64,000 bases of DNA, taken from IMG/VR virus record IMGVR_UViG_3300047160_020099, positions 1-64,000 of that record. One strand, given 5' to 3'. Positions 43,701-53,436 of this stretch are shown here, one piece after another. The notes beneath the pieces are model-generated. The model saw only the letters and a list, made by a program, of their open reading frames with translations. It did no database searches and was not told where the DNA came from. Within the stretch, counting starts at the first letter, position 1. Each line of letters opens with the position of its first letter. This stretch comes from a virus. The position numbers and the translations under genes were made by a program.

Positions 43701-44887
43701 TGGCTGGGTCTCAGGCAGCGACAACCTTGCTTCCAACGCTACAAGGTGGCGACCTTGCTGGAAGCCAGGCTGACGTGTCCAGCATTCCGCTGGTAACAGC
43801 TACCGGTGGTAGCCTGACAGGTTCTCAAGCACCACCGACTTTGCTTCCTGCACCGCAAGGTGGTAGTGCTGTCGGCAGCCAGGCCAACACAACCGGTACT
43901 TTGATAACACCCTCTGGCGGTGGTGTGGAAGGTTCCCAGGCTGACGAATCGAGTACTGCTCCTCCAGTCGTGGCTGTCGGCGGTAGTTTGACGGGGTCTC
44001 AAGGAACGATAACCTTGTTTCCGCCAACGCAAGGTGGAGAACTTGCTGGAAGCCAGGCTGGCGCTTTGACAACTGTTCCAACAACAGGCGGAACTGCAGA
44101 GGGTAGCACTGCGGCCGGTACGACAACTACGCCCACTGCAACGGGCGGCGGCCTTGACGGCTCACAAGCAGACAGTGGCCCGATTACAGCCCCTATCGCG
44201 ACAGGTGGCACTTCTGCTGGAAGTACAACAGCTCCAGGCACGGTTCCTGGAATATCAGGCGGTACGGTGGCTGGCAGCGTGGCTCAGCAGCTGCAAACGG
44301 CCAATCCACCACCTACCGGTGGAACAATAGCCGGCTCCTACGCCGATGCTGGTAGACCGGCCATCTACGTCATACCCATAGGCGGCACGATCACTGGCGC
44401 AATGAGTAGTCCAGCGGCCACTTATCCGTTGTCGGCCAAGGGAGGCGCTGTAACTGGTGGTACCGCTACTTCACCTTCTACCTTCGTGTCGAGGCCTACT
44501 GGTGGCGGGCTAACCAGCGGAATCAGTGACTGGATAATCATCAGAGTGAGCTTCCCCGAGGGTGGTTCGCTTGTCGGTAGTACGGCGAACGCCATCTCGG
44601 AGATTATTGCGGCCGGTGGAGGCGGTGGACTTACTGGCGGACAGGCCAGCTCCTTCCTGGTCGTGCAAGCTCACGGTGGTACGCTAGAGGGTGGTATTGT
44701 CACCCCGATCTTGCTGGTCACTCCACACGGAGGAAGCGTAGACGGCTCGCGAGTGGTAACGCACGGCCTGGTAATCATGCCAACTCGCGGTGGAAGCATA
44801 GTGGGCGGTCTGATGATGGTCATGATTCCGCCGCGCGGTACAGGCGCTGGAATTTTTATGGCCCCGGTAGAGTCCGTCTTCACATGA
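40787..44887 (+). CDS. Large Ser/Thr/Gly-rich fibre/adhesin-like protein
   Basis: 1366 aa; dozens of about 19-aa GG(S/T)xxGSxA repeats; duplicated about 200-aa domain (PxGW..ASEPxTYTFTQ). Confidence 0.7.
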   Translation: MATIAYVTGQTTGTSAASAASVQTLGMPNPPTVGNVVVAFCAASAGAAAVYSVTDNASPPNTFNLLGSFASSSNRDSLIYAAYIATSTVGANSYKVTFSETGGSGPGLRVSALEFSGVKISGSAPVQDGSSVGATGTSSAPAPGNMTVSAGDLVLGVSINSSGTYTGPTGWTQAMNTSTNPASDGEYIINPASPTNPTWGLSGSFSWSAVQAALLAAPSVVTIGGTGGSVTGSDSSGTYVPTLSGGSVGGSSPAVPATYNPAPSGGAIDGSDGSPIDVPGIKGGTLDGSGIGATATYTPAPSGGDIVGTTANVPNAAASVTLLGHTTATNASATSLIVNRPTGATVAGNILRATFASGTTNGFTPGTPSGWTRVIANNLDSNNYLYVFEKVTGASEPTTYTFTQGGANDNMAVILACYGGAASISEAQATNNSGLPGVTPTANSVTTLGTNRLLCSDFLADGATTISPQGSMTSVAGTIAVGAISLNCAYETVAASGSTGTRTASYSPIKTWATSADALPPGGGTTGTQAIYNPPPSGGTVDGSQASPAWTDTPVPSGGDIVGTTVGTQATYNPAPSGGSLDGSKASPAWTDTQTPSGGSLTGTTANVPTVPTPALRSSSTQHGSATSLTVNKPAGTQSGDLLRAVVSVSQVGGSFPATPTGWSVDVSTQDYVGNTYTTAFWKIAGSSEPSTYTFTQPGVADHMMVILAAYTGISAGPEAHVGNYNIASTTTATANGVTTLGAYRLLCCDFMPTTAVSITPQASMTSVAGTVTEGYAMNCAFEIVPATGVTGSRTATLGSASSSSEISSAFPPTGVPSTGTQATYNPAPAGGTIDGSQASPAGTDIQTPTGGDVIGTVADTPTIYNPPPSGGSLDGSQADIAKTTTPVPAGGTLDGSQADVSSSYVPTATGGSLTGSQETLTLLPAPQGGSSVSSQANTPSSYVPKATGGGLEGSEAGVGSVPPVIASGGSLAGSQAATTLLPTLQGGDLAGSQADVSSIPLVTATGGSLTGSQAPPTLLPAPQGGSAVGSQANTTGTLITPSGGGVEGSQADESSTAPPVVAVGGSLTGSQGTITLFPPTQGGELAGSQAGALTTVPTTGGTAEGSTAAGTTTTPTATGGGLDGSQADSGPITAPIATGGTSAGSTTAPGTVPGISGGTVAGSVAQQLQTANPPPTGGTIAGSYADAGRPAIYVIPIGGTITGAMSSPAATYPLSAKGGAVTGGTATSPSTFVSRPTGGGLTSGISDWIIIRVSFPEGGSLVGSTANAISEIIAAGGGGGLTGGQASSFLVVQAHGGTLEGGIVTPILLVTPHGGSVDGSRVVTHGLVIMPTRGGSIVGGLMMVMIPPRGTGAGIFMAPVESVFT

Positions 44888-44894
44888 GGCGGCC

Positions 44895-45563
44895 ATGCAG
44901 CTGATCAAAACTGTCACGCCGAACGTGAACATCAGCGCTGAAGCGCAGGTGCTGCTCTACACCTACACGGGCAGCGATCCGGTGGAGGTCATTGCTCGCG
45001 TTGATCTCGGTGACTCCATCAAGCCCATCATCGGTGGCGGCAGTTACGTGGTGAACTTCTACGTCAACAACGTTCTGCTGACCCCGGTCACGGTAGATCA
45101 GGTGCCGTCAGGACAGACACGGACGATCCTGGTCAGCCGGCCGGTCCCGCTTTACACCAGCGACACGGTCTCCTTGACAGTGGTTGGGCAACCGGCTGAC
45201 ACGTCGGTGAACATAACGGCCAGCCTGCGTACCTCGACACCGTTGCAGATAACCGATGTCTACGGCACCGGTCCTACGGCCGTGGACCAGAACTACGGTG
45301 GCCCCAATACCCTGGCTTACCAGACTTCGACGGGTGGTGGGATCGTCGGCGCAACGGTGCTGGCCTACCTGACTACCGACTACAATGCCGGGCGTCGTGG
45401 ACAAGCGTACGCACAAGGGCGCACCGTTACGATTGCTGGCGGAGCCTGGCAGGAACCGATTTACCTGACGCCTGGCGCTGGCGGTGGCGGCGCCGGCAAC
45501 TACACGCTCGTGTACTACCTGCAGAACCAGTACGGCACGGACACGATAACCATCACGGTCTGA
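44895..45563 (+). CDS. Putative virion structural protein
   Basis: Beta-rich, 222 aa; next to the neck genes. Confidence 0.6.
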   Translation: MQLIKTVTPNVNISAEAQVLLYTYTGSDPVEVIARVDLGDSIKPIIGGGSYVVNFYVNNVLLTPVTVDQVPSGQTRTILVSRPVPLYTSDTVSLTVVGQPADTSVNITASLRTSTPLQITDVYGTGPTAVDQNYGGPNTLAYQTSTGGGIVGATVLAYLTTDYNAGRRGQAYAQGRTVTIAGGAWQEPIYLTPGAGGGGAGNYTLVYYLQNQYGTDTITITV

Positions 45564-45575
45564 CCAGGAGGCACC

Positions 45576-46499
45576 ATGCCCGTAATCGGCACCCCGGTAC
45601 AGACGCCGACCATTCCTGGTCAAGGCACTGGGCTTGGTCAATTGACCATCGTCCCCACCTTGACGCAGGTCGAAGGTTCGTCCGTTCCCGCCAAGATCCA
45701 GGGCATTCAAGTTGTCCAGGGACAGCTCGCGACTGTTTCCTGGACGATGAAGGACCGCAATGGCGATCCGGTCGATCTGACCAACGTCAGCGGCGGCACA
45801 GTCAATCTGATCATCCGCGAGTCCATGTCGCTGGACGGCCAGGTAGACGCCGGTACGCTTCTTGTGGGCAGCATCGTCAACGCCACGGCCGGGCAGGTTC
45901 AGGCCACGCTCACCGCTGACGTGACCTACGCTCCTGGCATTTCAGTGGCCGAGTTCGGGATCTTCCTGAACAACGCACTCGTCTTCACGAACTGGTTTTA
46001 CCTGATCGTTGAGCCCAGCCAGTCCGGCTTCCTGCTTGGCGAGCGGCTGACCATGCAAGGGCCGCCGAGCATGGCCGAGATCCGGTTGCATCTGCGGGAC
46101 GTGGACCCAGGCGGGAACCTGTGGATGGGTACCTACGAGTGGGATCTGGCAGAGATTGCAGCCTGCATCGTCCGACCTATCCAGCAGTTCAACGAGGCAC
46201 CGCCGCCCATAACCAGGACGTACACCACGGCAACCTTCCCGTGGCGGCACAACTGGCTGAACGCTATCTGCGGCAACCTCATGCGAATCTCGGCCGACTG
46301 GTACCGGCGTGTCCATTTGCCTTACCAGGGCGGCGGGTTGGCCATCGATGACAAAAATAAGTTCCAGCAGTACGACGCGAGAGGGAAAGAATTGCAGGAT
46401 GAGTGGAAGACGTGGACCCAGTGGAAACGAGTGCAGCTCAATGCTGACGAGGCATATCAGACAATGGGGAGCAGCTATAGTAATTTTGGCTGGTACTGA
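45576..46499 (+). CDS. Neck / head-tail adaptor protein
   Basis: BppU-like N-terminus, then EIRLHLRD..FNEAPP..LPYQGGGLAIDDKNK; position in the module. Confidence 0.6.
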   Translation: MPVIGTPVQTPTIPGQGTGLGQLTIVPTLTQVEGSSVPAKIQGIQVVQGQLATVSWTMKDRNGDPVDLTNVSGGTVNLIIRESMSLDGQVDAGTLLVGSIVNATAGQVQATLTADVTYAPGISVAEFGIFLNNALVFTNWFYLIVEPSQSGFLLGERLTMQGPPSMAEIRLHLRDVDPGGNLWMGTYEWDLAEIAACIVRPIQQFNEAPPPITRTYTTATFPWRHNWLNAICGNLMRISADWYRRVHLPYQGGGLAIDDKNKFQQYDARGKELQDEWKTWTQWKRVQLNADEAYQTMGSSYSNFGWY

Positions 46500-46510
46500 G
46501 CCATGGCCTG

Positions 46511-46524
46511 AATATTGGAATACT
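46511..46524. promoter_or_regulatory. Palindrome variant (1 mismatch) abutting a start codon
   Basis: AATATTGGAATACT, intergenic. Confidence 0.6.
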
Positions 46525-46525
46525 C

Positions 46526-47359
46526 ATGCCGGCGTCACCGTTCGTACCCTACAATCCGATCACGCGTGTAGTCGTGGACTACTCGATGCGTGGCAAGGCC
46601 ACGATCTCGTGGGAGCTCTGTCCACACTTCTTCGAAACGGAGCCGTGGTCCTTCCAGGTGCAGGTCGCCGACAGCCAGCTTCCTACGGCCGCCTGGACCA
46701 ACGTCGGTAACCCTGTGGTCGGCACGTTGACCACATCCATACAGGACACCACGCTCCGTCTGCCGGCCGGCAAGGAGCCGCAGCTCTTCTACCGTGTCGT
46801 TGTCACAACCAGCACACCGAACACATACATCTCCCCGGTAGCCAACGTGCTTGGCGATCTGCCGAAGTTCCTGTGGCTGAAGTACCAGGAGCTGCTCCGC
46901 AAGGAACTGCTTATGTTGTCCCGCCATCACGTCGGCGGCAACGAGGGCATCCTGCTGCGAGCCAAGCGCTCGGGGCAGCCGTGTACTGCCTGCACCGATC
47001 CCAACACCGAGGAGCAGACGGACGCACAGTGCCCCACCTGCTTCGGCCAGCGTTTCGTCGGTGGTTACTACCAGGCACAGGCCAAGGTATATTTCGACAA
47101 CCAGCCGTTGAGTCGTTACCAGCTCCTTGACCTGCAAAATCGTGGCAACGTCAACGACGCAACGGTCTTCATGGGTCGCAGTGCCGGCTATCCGCTTCTG
47201 AGCACCTACGACATCTGGATCGACAAGACGTCTGACATCCGCTACTTCATCCACAAGGTGGACACGTTGTACCATGTACGTATGGTGCCTGTTGCACACC
47301 AGATATCGTTGAAGCTGATCCCGTTCGACTCGATCATCTATCTGTTCCCAACCTCATGA
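46526..47359 (+). CDS. Neck / head-closure protein with Zn ribbon
   Basis: SGQPCTAC..CPTCFGQRFVGGYY; position between adaptor and sheath. Confidence 0.6.
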   Translation: MPASPFVPYNPITRVVVDYSMRGKATISWELCPHFFETEPWSFQVQVADSQLPTAAWTNVGNPVVGTLTTSIQDTTLRLPAGKEPQLFYRVVVTTSTPNTYISPVANVLGDLPKFLWLKYQELLRKELLMLSRHHVGGNEGILLRAKRSGQPCTACTDPNTEEQTDAQCPTCFGQRFVGGYYQAQAKVYFDNQPLSRYQLLDLQNRGNVNDATVFMGRSAGYPLLSTYDIWIDKTSDIRYFIHKVDTLYHVRMVPVAHQISLKLIPFDSIIYLFPTS

Positions 47360-47366
47360 GGCGGCC

Positions 47367-47552
47367 ATGGACAAACCCGCCAGAGACGTGCGAGCCGACG
47401 AAGCTGTCAAGAACCCATTCATCCGCAAGATCAAGGACCTTGGTGAGTTTGTCCCTGACCAGAACGCCATCGACGTGGCGGCATCGACGGATGAGGGGGC
47501 CGTGGTGTCAGCCTTGCGACGGAAGCTCAGGGTCGGCGAGGACGTCCGGTAA
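47367..47552 (+). CDS. Small hypothetical protein
   Basis: GAGG RBS; TAATG overlap with the next gene. Confidence 0.55.
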   Translation: MDKPARDVRADEAVKNPFIRKIKDLGEFVPDQNAIDVAASTDEGAVVSALRRKLRVGEDVR

Positions 47553-48178
47553 TGGTCTATCCGCAGTTCGACAGCAACTGGGTCAGTCTGCTCTGTACTG
47601 CCGGCCCTCGCCCACTCATTACTACGGGTTGGTTACGCCTGTGGCTGACCGGCCACTTTCAACTGGCCAACCTGGAGGATCAGTCCCAGGCCGTCCAGCA
47701 CATGCTCTGGACCCCGGTCTCCACGACCGGGATCATGATCGAGAGCATTACGCGCTGGCTTCCGGAGATGACCGAAAAACGCCCGGCGGTTATTATCAAG
47801 AGGAACCCCTGGAAGAGGATTCGGCTGGGCATCGGCGACAAAATGCTGGGCCTGACGGAACTCGATGGGCAGGGTGTATACGCCAACGCCTGGCAAGGCA
47901 GTCACACGTTATTCTGTATCACAGGGAAAGGCGCTGAGACCGAACTGCTGGCAGCCGAAGTCTACCGGGAGATGAATGAGTTTGGCCCGGTCTTCCGCGA
48001 AGTTCTCGACCTGTTGCGGTTCGAAGTCTCAGAAGTCGGCGACCTGATGATACTGGACGAAGCAAGGCAGAATTTCGTTGTCCCGATCGTTGTTGCCTAT
48101 GCATTCGTCGAAGGCTGGCGTATCAGGCGGGAAGTGCCGGTACTCAAGACGGCGTCGGTTACTTTACTGACGCCTTGA
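47552..48178 (+). CDS. Tail completion/terminator-like protein
   Basis: EKRPAVIIKR motif; immediately upstream of the sheath. Confidence 0.55.
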   Translation: MVYPQFDSNWVSLLCTAGPRPLITTGWLRLWLTGHFQLANLEDQSQAVQHMLWTPVSTTGIMIESITRWLPEMTEKRPAVIIKRNPWKRIRLGIGDKMLGLTELDGQGVYANAWQGSHTLFCITGKGAETELLAAEVYREMNEFGPVFREVLDLLRFEVSEVGDLMILDEARQNFVVPIVVAYAFVEGWRIRREVPVLKTASVTLLTP

Positions 48179-48207
48179 CAAGTCAACGGGACACGGAGGT
48201 CCGATAA

Positions 48208-51200
48208 ATGCCTTCCCTCGTTCTGGACCAGGCCACGGTCTTCAAGGAGTTCACCGACAACATCCCGGTGGATATCTACGGCTCGTTGCGAAGCCATGTT
48301 TGCGGCGGCCACGCGGCACTGCACCGCTACAAAGCACCAGCTGAAAAGCCGACGATCGCGCTGGGTGCCTACAACTCGGTTCAAAACCAGGCCTACGCCT
48401 GGCCCGGTCTCGTCTCGCCGACGTCCGTCATCGACCTGTCCTACTTCCAGCTCTTCATCGACAACGCGTACCTCCAGTACTACCAGGACCTGATCGGTAG
48501 CGGCGACACCATCGCACCGGTTACCAACTTCCCCAATCGCATCCGGGCTCTGGCTACCAACTGGGTGGCCAATGGTACTTCGTACCCGCGTGCTGCCGGT
48601 CTGTTTGACCGCGACGTTCGCATCGGTGACTGGATCTACTTGTCGGGCGGTGGTGACACACTCTGGACTTCGGTTGCCTCGATCCTGCCAGACTCCCTCT
48701 CCGGTACAGTCGGCTCGGCTTCTGGCGACCCCGGCAACTACGGCAGCCAATCTGCCAGCACTACCTCGTCGCAGACTGGCGGTTCGAGCAACTACATCAG
48801 TCTGTCGTCAATCACGGGGACCTATTACGACGGTTCGCCTACAGGAGACCTGTCTGAAACCTACACCCTGGTCGTGACAACGGCTTCGACTGGTGGTGAT
48901 GCGACGCTGGCTCGCTTCAGCGTGGCTAGCGCCTCTGGTCGAGACAATGTTGCGTCGGTGCAGCCGGCTGCCTTTGGCACCGCCTTCGCCGTAGGCACTC
49001 GTGGGCTGCGGATCACGTTCACCAACACGAACACCGGCAACCCGCTAACCGGTGGTGCTACCCCGATCGACTTCATCGTCGGACAGACCTGGCAGGTTAC
49101 CGTTCTACAGGCCTGGACGCCACCAAACGCTACCAGCGGTGGAAGCTACATCGGAACCGCCAACCAGAAGTACATCGTGACCGTGACTCGCGGTGGACTT
49201 TACCAGGTCCAGCTGCCTATCACGGCACCAACAGCGACGCCTACCGTCAGCCCAACCGGCGGCGGACCAACCGGCGGTAACTTGCAGGCTGGCACCTATT
49301 ACGTCAAGTACACCTACGTCAACGCAATCGGTGAGACGACGCCCAGCCCGGAGTCCACACAGTTCACGGTTGCTACGGGCAACGTGCCACAAGTTACCTT
49401 GCCGGCGCTGCCGACAGGCGTGACGAGCATCAACCTGTATCTGACACCGACCAACGGTGCTTCGGGTACTGAGGTGCTTTACGCGACAAGCATCACGACA
49501 ACGACCTACAATCTTTCGGCCGCTGTCACACAGCAGCCGCCAACCAGCAACAACGCAATTGGTGTGGAGTCTGCACCAACGGTTGTGCCGACGGTCAATC
49601 CTACTGGTGGTGGTGCCACTGGCGGCGCCTTGCAGGCTGGCGTTTTCTACCTGAAGTACACCTATGTCAATGCGAACGGTGAAACCGCTCCAAGTCCTGA
49701 GTCGGCTGCGTTCACAGTGGCTTCTACCAACCAGCCACAGGTCACTTTGCCAGCTCTCCCAGCTGGTGTGACGAGCATTTCGCTCTACATCACGCCTCCG
49801 GGTGGTGCTTCTGGCGGTGAATGCATCCGGTACGCAACGGGTATTACAACCACGACGTACACCATGGCGACGGCTTCTATCAAGCTGCCGCCTACAACGA
49901 ACACCACATCCCCGTCTGTGACCAACCCGGCCTTTACGCCAACAGTCAGCGCGTCGGGTGGTGGTTCGTCCGGCGGCAAACTGCCGGCCGGTGTGTACTA
50001 CCTGAAGGTGACCTACACCGGAACGTCCGGTGAAACCCTTCCTGGGCCTGAATCCGCCTCGTTCACAGTCGTTGCTGGCGGCGTGCCACAGATCACCAAT
50101 GTCCCAACAGCGGCACCGACCAACGCGACCGGCTTCAATGTTTACCTGACGCCGGTTGGCAGTGCTTCCGGTTCCGAAGTCCTGTATTCCACCGCCAACG
50201 CTTTCCCGGGTGGTGGAACGTACAACCTGTCCACTGCCTTCCCAACTACGGCAGGCTCGCCGCCTGGCTCCAATACGACCAATCCGGCCGTCTCCAATCC
50301 GGCGACGACACCTACTGTCAACGTCACAGGCGGTGGTGCGAGTGGAGGTTTGCTGCCACCTGGTGCGTACTACGTCAAGTACACATACTCAGGCAAGGGT
50401 GGTGAGACTCAGGCAAGTTCGGAGTCCACACTCTTCACCGTTGCTGCCGGCAACATTCCGCAGGTCACTCTGCCGTCATTGCCGACCAACGTAACGGCCA
50501 TCAACCTGTACCTCACTCCTACAGGTGGTGCTTCCGGCAGTGAAATCTTGTATGCCCAGGGCATCACCACGGTGACCTACAACCTGGCGCTACCACTGCC
50601 GGTACAGACGCCACCGCCAGGGCCCAACACGGCGGCCACATTCTCGCTGAGCAATCCGTCTATTGCCCCAACGGTCAACGCGACAGGTGGTGGGACGACA
50701 GGCGGCAACCTCACTGCCGGTTCCTATCGACTGGACTACACCTGGGTTGGTGGAGTCAGCGGCGAGACGCTTAGCAGCGTAGAAGCGGCCTTCACGATCG
50801 GCGCCGGTAACATTCCCCAGGTCACCATTCCCAGCCTGCCAAACGGTGTGTCTGGGGCCAACATCTACTTGACCCAGCCGGGTGGTGCGGCTGGCTCGGA
50901 GACCAAGTTCCCGTCTGCGGTCAACCAGGCCGGGCCAACCATCAACCTGAACGCTTCTTCGACAAGCGGGTTGGTCGGCCGGCCGCCGACCACTACCACA
51001 GCCACGGCACTCGGTGCGAACCCCAGCCCACCGCAAGTGACAGTGACGACCAGCTCGGGGCTGGATTCGTCTGGGCCGACGAATGTCACCGCAGCGACGA
51101 CGAACGTTTCGATCGGCACGGAAGGCGTCTTGATGCAGTGGAGTGGTAATGGGCTTCGCAAGAGCGATCTTTACACACTCCAGGCCACTGAAGTCGCTCA

Positions 51201-52848
51201 AGGGCCGTTCCGCACGCTGGTACTGACCAACAACATGTCGGCGGCCATGCAGGGTGCCAGCGACCTGTCTGTTACCTTGTACATCAAGGAGAACATGACG
51301 GTCCCGCAGCAGCGACTGTCGTCGCCGCCCAACCTGAACTGGACGGTTACCCAGGCTGCCATCACTGTTAACTCCGGGCTGACTGCCTACAACCCGACGC
51401 TGACCAACGGCGGCGTGCCTTTCTCGGTGCCGGTCGTCTCTGGCCTGGACACCGTGATGTACGCCAACTACCGCGAATGGTTGATGACTTACGCACAGGT
51501 GCTGACGCCCGTCAGCGTGCCTGTCAGCAGCGACCCGCTGACCGTTGCGACCACAGCGCTGGGTACGGTGGACCCGGACAACCCGCTGGCCTACGGCGTC
51601 TACAAGGCCTTGCTGAATTGCAATGGCACCCTACTGTACTTCAGCGCTTCTGGAGACCCCACGGTCGAGGCCAACTGGGCTGGCTGTCTGGCGATCCTGG
51701 CTGGCCTGAAGAACATCCGTCACCTGGTGCCACTGACAGCCAACCAGGCTGTGCTGACCGCTTACCAGCAGCACATCGATACGCAGTCGGACGACAACGT
51801 CGGTGGCGAGTGGCGGTTCGGCCTGTTCAATCTGAAGGCCCAGACATCGATCCCGGTCGTCTTCGGACCACCGACCTCGACGACGCTCAACCTTACGCCT
51901 ACGACGTCGGACGGCAATGCGGCCAACGCCACGATTGCCAACAATCCGTTGCTCACCGGTACCAACTACACGTACGTTGCTTGCACGACCCGCAACGGCA
52001 AGTTCGTGACCAACGGCGTGCAGCCTGGCGACGTGATGAGGTTCCTGTTCACTCAGGATGCCTTCGGCAATCCATCCTGGACTTCGTTTACCGTCCTGTC
52101 GGTTGTCAACGAGGACACGCTCACACTGGCGGCCGGGCCTAACGCGGCTGTCAGTACGGCGCAGCGGTTCGAGATCTGGCGTAACTTGACGTCCAACCAG
52201 GTCGCCGACAACCTGGCCGACACGATCGAGGCCACGAACGACCGGCGTATCGCTTATGTGTGGCCCGACTTCATGCTGGACGGCGGCCAGCAGGTTGACG
52301 GCGTCTTCCTCTGTGCAGCCATCGGTGGCTTCCTCTCCGGCATCGCCCCTCACCAAGGCATCCGGTATGTCGCGATCGGCGGCTTCGACGGTTCGGTGCC
52401 AAGGAGCCAGCAGTTCTTCACCAATGCACAGTTGCAGATCTTGAAGACGGCCGGTGCCATCGTCGTTACGGCCGACGAGTTCAGCAACGTCTACTCGATG
52501 TGTGCGTTGACGACCTCGCAGAGTGGTGTGATCGATGACGAGAGTGAACAGGCGGTGCGGACCAACGACGCTCTCAAGTACAGCTTCTATAACGCTACCC
52601 AACAGTTCTTTGGGAAGGCGAACATCACACCGACGGCAATGAGCATGATCAACGCTCAGGTGCAAGGAGCCATCCAGACGGCCAAGCAGCAAACGAACAT
52701 CAATCGAATTGGGCCACTGCTCACAGATGGCTCGATCAACACACTGAGGCCGCACGCCACCATACGCGATCGCATCGTACTCATCGTCAATGTCACGTAC
52801 AGTTACGCTGTGGATGATGCCACGGTGTCGGTGATCATCGGTACGTGA
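48208..52848 (+). CDS. Contractile tail sheath protein with five inserted Ig-like repeats
   Basis: C-terminal sheath pattern RIAYVWPD..LCAAIGG..PHQGI..FTNAQLQIL..FGKANIT..RIVLIVNV; upstream of the tube. Confidence 0.85.
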   Translation: MPSLVLDQATVFKEFTDNIPVDIYGSLRSHVCGGHAALHRYKAPAEKPTIALGAYNSVQNQAYAWPGLVSPTSVIDLSYFQLFIDNAYLQYYQDLIGSGDTIAPVTNFPNRIRALATNWVANGTSYPRAAGLFDRDVRIGDWIYLSGGGDTLWTSVASILPDSLSGTVGSASGDPGNYGSQSASTTSSQTGGSSNYISLSSITGTYYDGSPTGDLSETYTLVVTTASTGGDATLARFSVASASGRDNVASVQPAAFGTAFAVGTRGLRITFTNTNTGNPLTGGATPIDFIVGQTWQVTVLQAWTPPNATSGGSYIGTANQKYIVTVTRGGLYQVQLPITAPTATPTVSPTGGGPTGGNLQAGTYYVKYTYVNAIGETTPSPESTQFTVATGNVPQVTLPALPTGVTSINLYLTPTNGASGTEVLYATSITTTTYNLSAAVTQQPPTSNNAIGVESAPTVVPTVNPTGGGATGGALQAGVFYLKYTYVNANGETAPSPESAAFTVASTNQPQVTLPALPAGVTSISLYITPPGGASGGECIRYATGITTTTYTMATASIKLPPTTNTTSPSVTNPAFTPTVSASGGGSSGGKLPAGVYYLKVTYTGTSGETLPGPESASFTVVAGGVPQITNVPTAAPTNATGFNVYLTPVGSASGSEVLYSTANAFPGGGTYNLSTAFPTTAGSPPGSNTTNPAVSNPATTPTVNVTGGGASGGLLPPGAYYVKYTYSGKGGETQASSESTLFTVAAGNIPQVTLPSLPTNVTAINLYLTPTGGASGSEILYAQGITTVTYNLALPLPVQTPPPGPNTAATFSLSNPSIAPTVNATGGGTTGGNLTAGSYRLDYTWVGGVSGETLSSVEAAFTIGAGNIPQVTIPSLPNGVSGANIYLTQPGGAAGSETKFPSAVNQAGPTINLNASSTSGLVGRPPTTTTATALGANPSPPQVTVTTSSGLDSSGPTNVTAATTNVSIGTEGVLMQWSGNGLRKSDLYTLQATEVAQGPFRTLVLTNNMSAAMQGASDLSVTLYIKENMTVPQQRLSSPPNLNWTVTQAAITVNSGLTAYNPTLTNGGVPFSVPVVSGLDTVMYANYREWLMTYAQVLTPVSVPVSSDPLTVATTALGTVDPDNPLAYGVYKALLNCNGTLLYFSASGDPTVEANWAGCLAILAGLKNIRHLVPLTANQAVLTAYQQHIDTQSDDNVGGEWRFGLFNLKAQTSIPVVFGPPTSTTLNLTPTTSDGNAANATIANNPLLTGTNYTYVACTTRNGKFVTNGVQPGDVMRFLFTQDAFGNPSWTSFTVLSVVNEDTLTLAAGPNAAVSTAQRFEIWRNLTSNQVADNLADTIEATNDRRIAYVWPDFMLDGGQQVDGVFLCAAIGGFLSGIAPHQGIRYVAIGGFDGSVPRSQQFFTNAQLQILKTAGAIVVTADEFSNVYSMCALTTSQSGVIDDESEQAVRTNDALKYSFYNATQQFFGKANITPTAMSMINAQVQGAIQTAKQQTNINRIGPLLTDGSINTLRPHATIRDRIVLIVNVTYSYAVDDATVSVIIGT

Positions 52849-52855
52849 GGTAGCT

Positions 52856-53431
52856 ATGCCGGAAGTATTCGAATACTGCTCTGAGGAACGGCGGATGGTC
52901 GAGACAACGACCAAGAAATGTCGTCGTTGCAAAGAGGTGAAGCCGCTGGCGGAGTTCAACAGGCAGCAACGAACCCCTGATGGCTTGAACTACTATTGCC
53001 GGCAGTGCCAGAGCGAATGGAACCGGAAATGGGCAGCCGAGTTGTCTGAAGAGAAGCGGGAGGCTCGCAAGAAATACAATCAAGAATGGCGAGATAGCCA
53101 TCGTGACAGACTGCGAGCCAAACAGCCCCGAAATCAGCGCAAGTCGAATTACGGGCTAGATGACACGATCTATCAACAGATGCTTCGTGATCAGAATGGC
53201 CGATGTGCGATTTGCGGTGAGCTGGAGACAACGGAACTGCGAGGTAAAGTTTGGAGTCTCTCGGTTGATCACGATCACGTAACCGGACAGATACGTGGGC
53301 TGCTGTGCAGGCGATGTAACTCCATGCTTGGACACGTTCAAGATAATCCAAGCTTGCTGGAGAAAGCGATAGCTTATCTCCTTAAACACCAACCGACCGA
53401 CATGGTCGTGCCTCCGAATAAGGGAGATTAA
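52856..53431 (+). CDS. Endonuclease VII-like HNH homing endonuclease
   Basis: YGL..YQQMLRDQNGRCAICG..LSVDHDHVTGQIRGLLCRRCNSMLG; alternative start at 52895. Confidence 0.9.
   Translation: MPEVFEYCSEERRMVETTTKKCRRCKEVKPLAEFNRQQRTPDGLNYYCRQCQSEWNRKWAAELSEEKREARKKYNQEWRDSHRDRLRAKQPRNQRKSNYGLDDTIYQQMLRDQNGRCAICGELETTELRGKVWSLSVDHDHVTGQIRGLLCRRCNSMLGHVQDNPSLLEKAIAYLLKHQPTDMVVPPNKGD
52864..52877. promoter_or_regulatory. Palindrome copy 8
   Basis: AGTATTCGAATACT. Confidence 0.75.
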
Positions 53432-53436
53432 AGACA

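Noticed and set aside
49216-51020. Diversity-generating retroelement or CRISPR interpretation of the repeats
   Set aside because: The repeats are protein-level with synonymous divergence, not adenine-specific. There is no reverse transcriptase, cas gene or repeat-spacer array in the window.
51631-52959. Minus-strand ORF (442 aa)
   Set aside because: Shadow of the tail sheath C-terminal domain.
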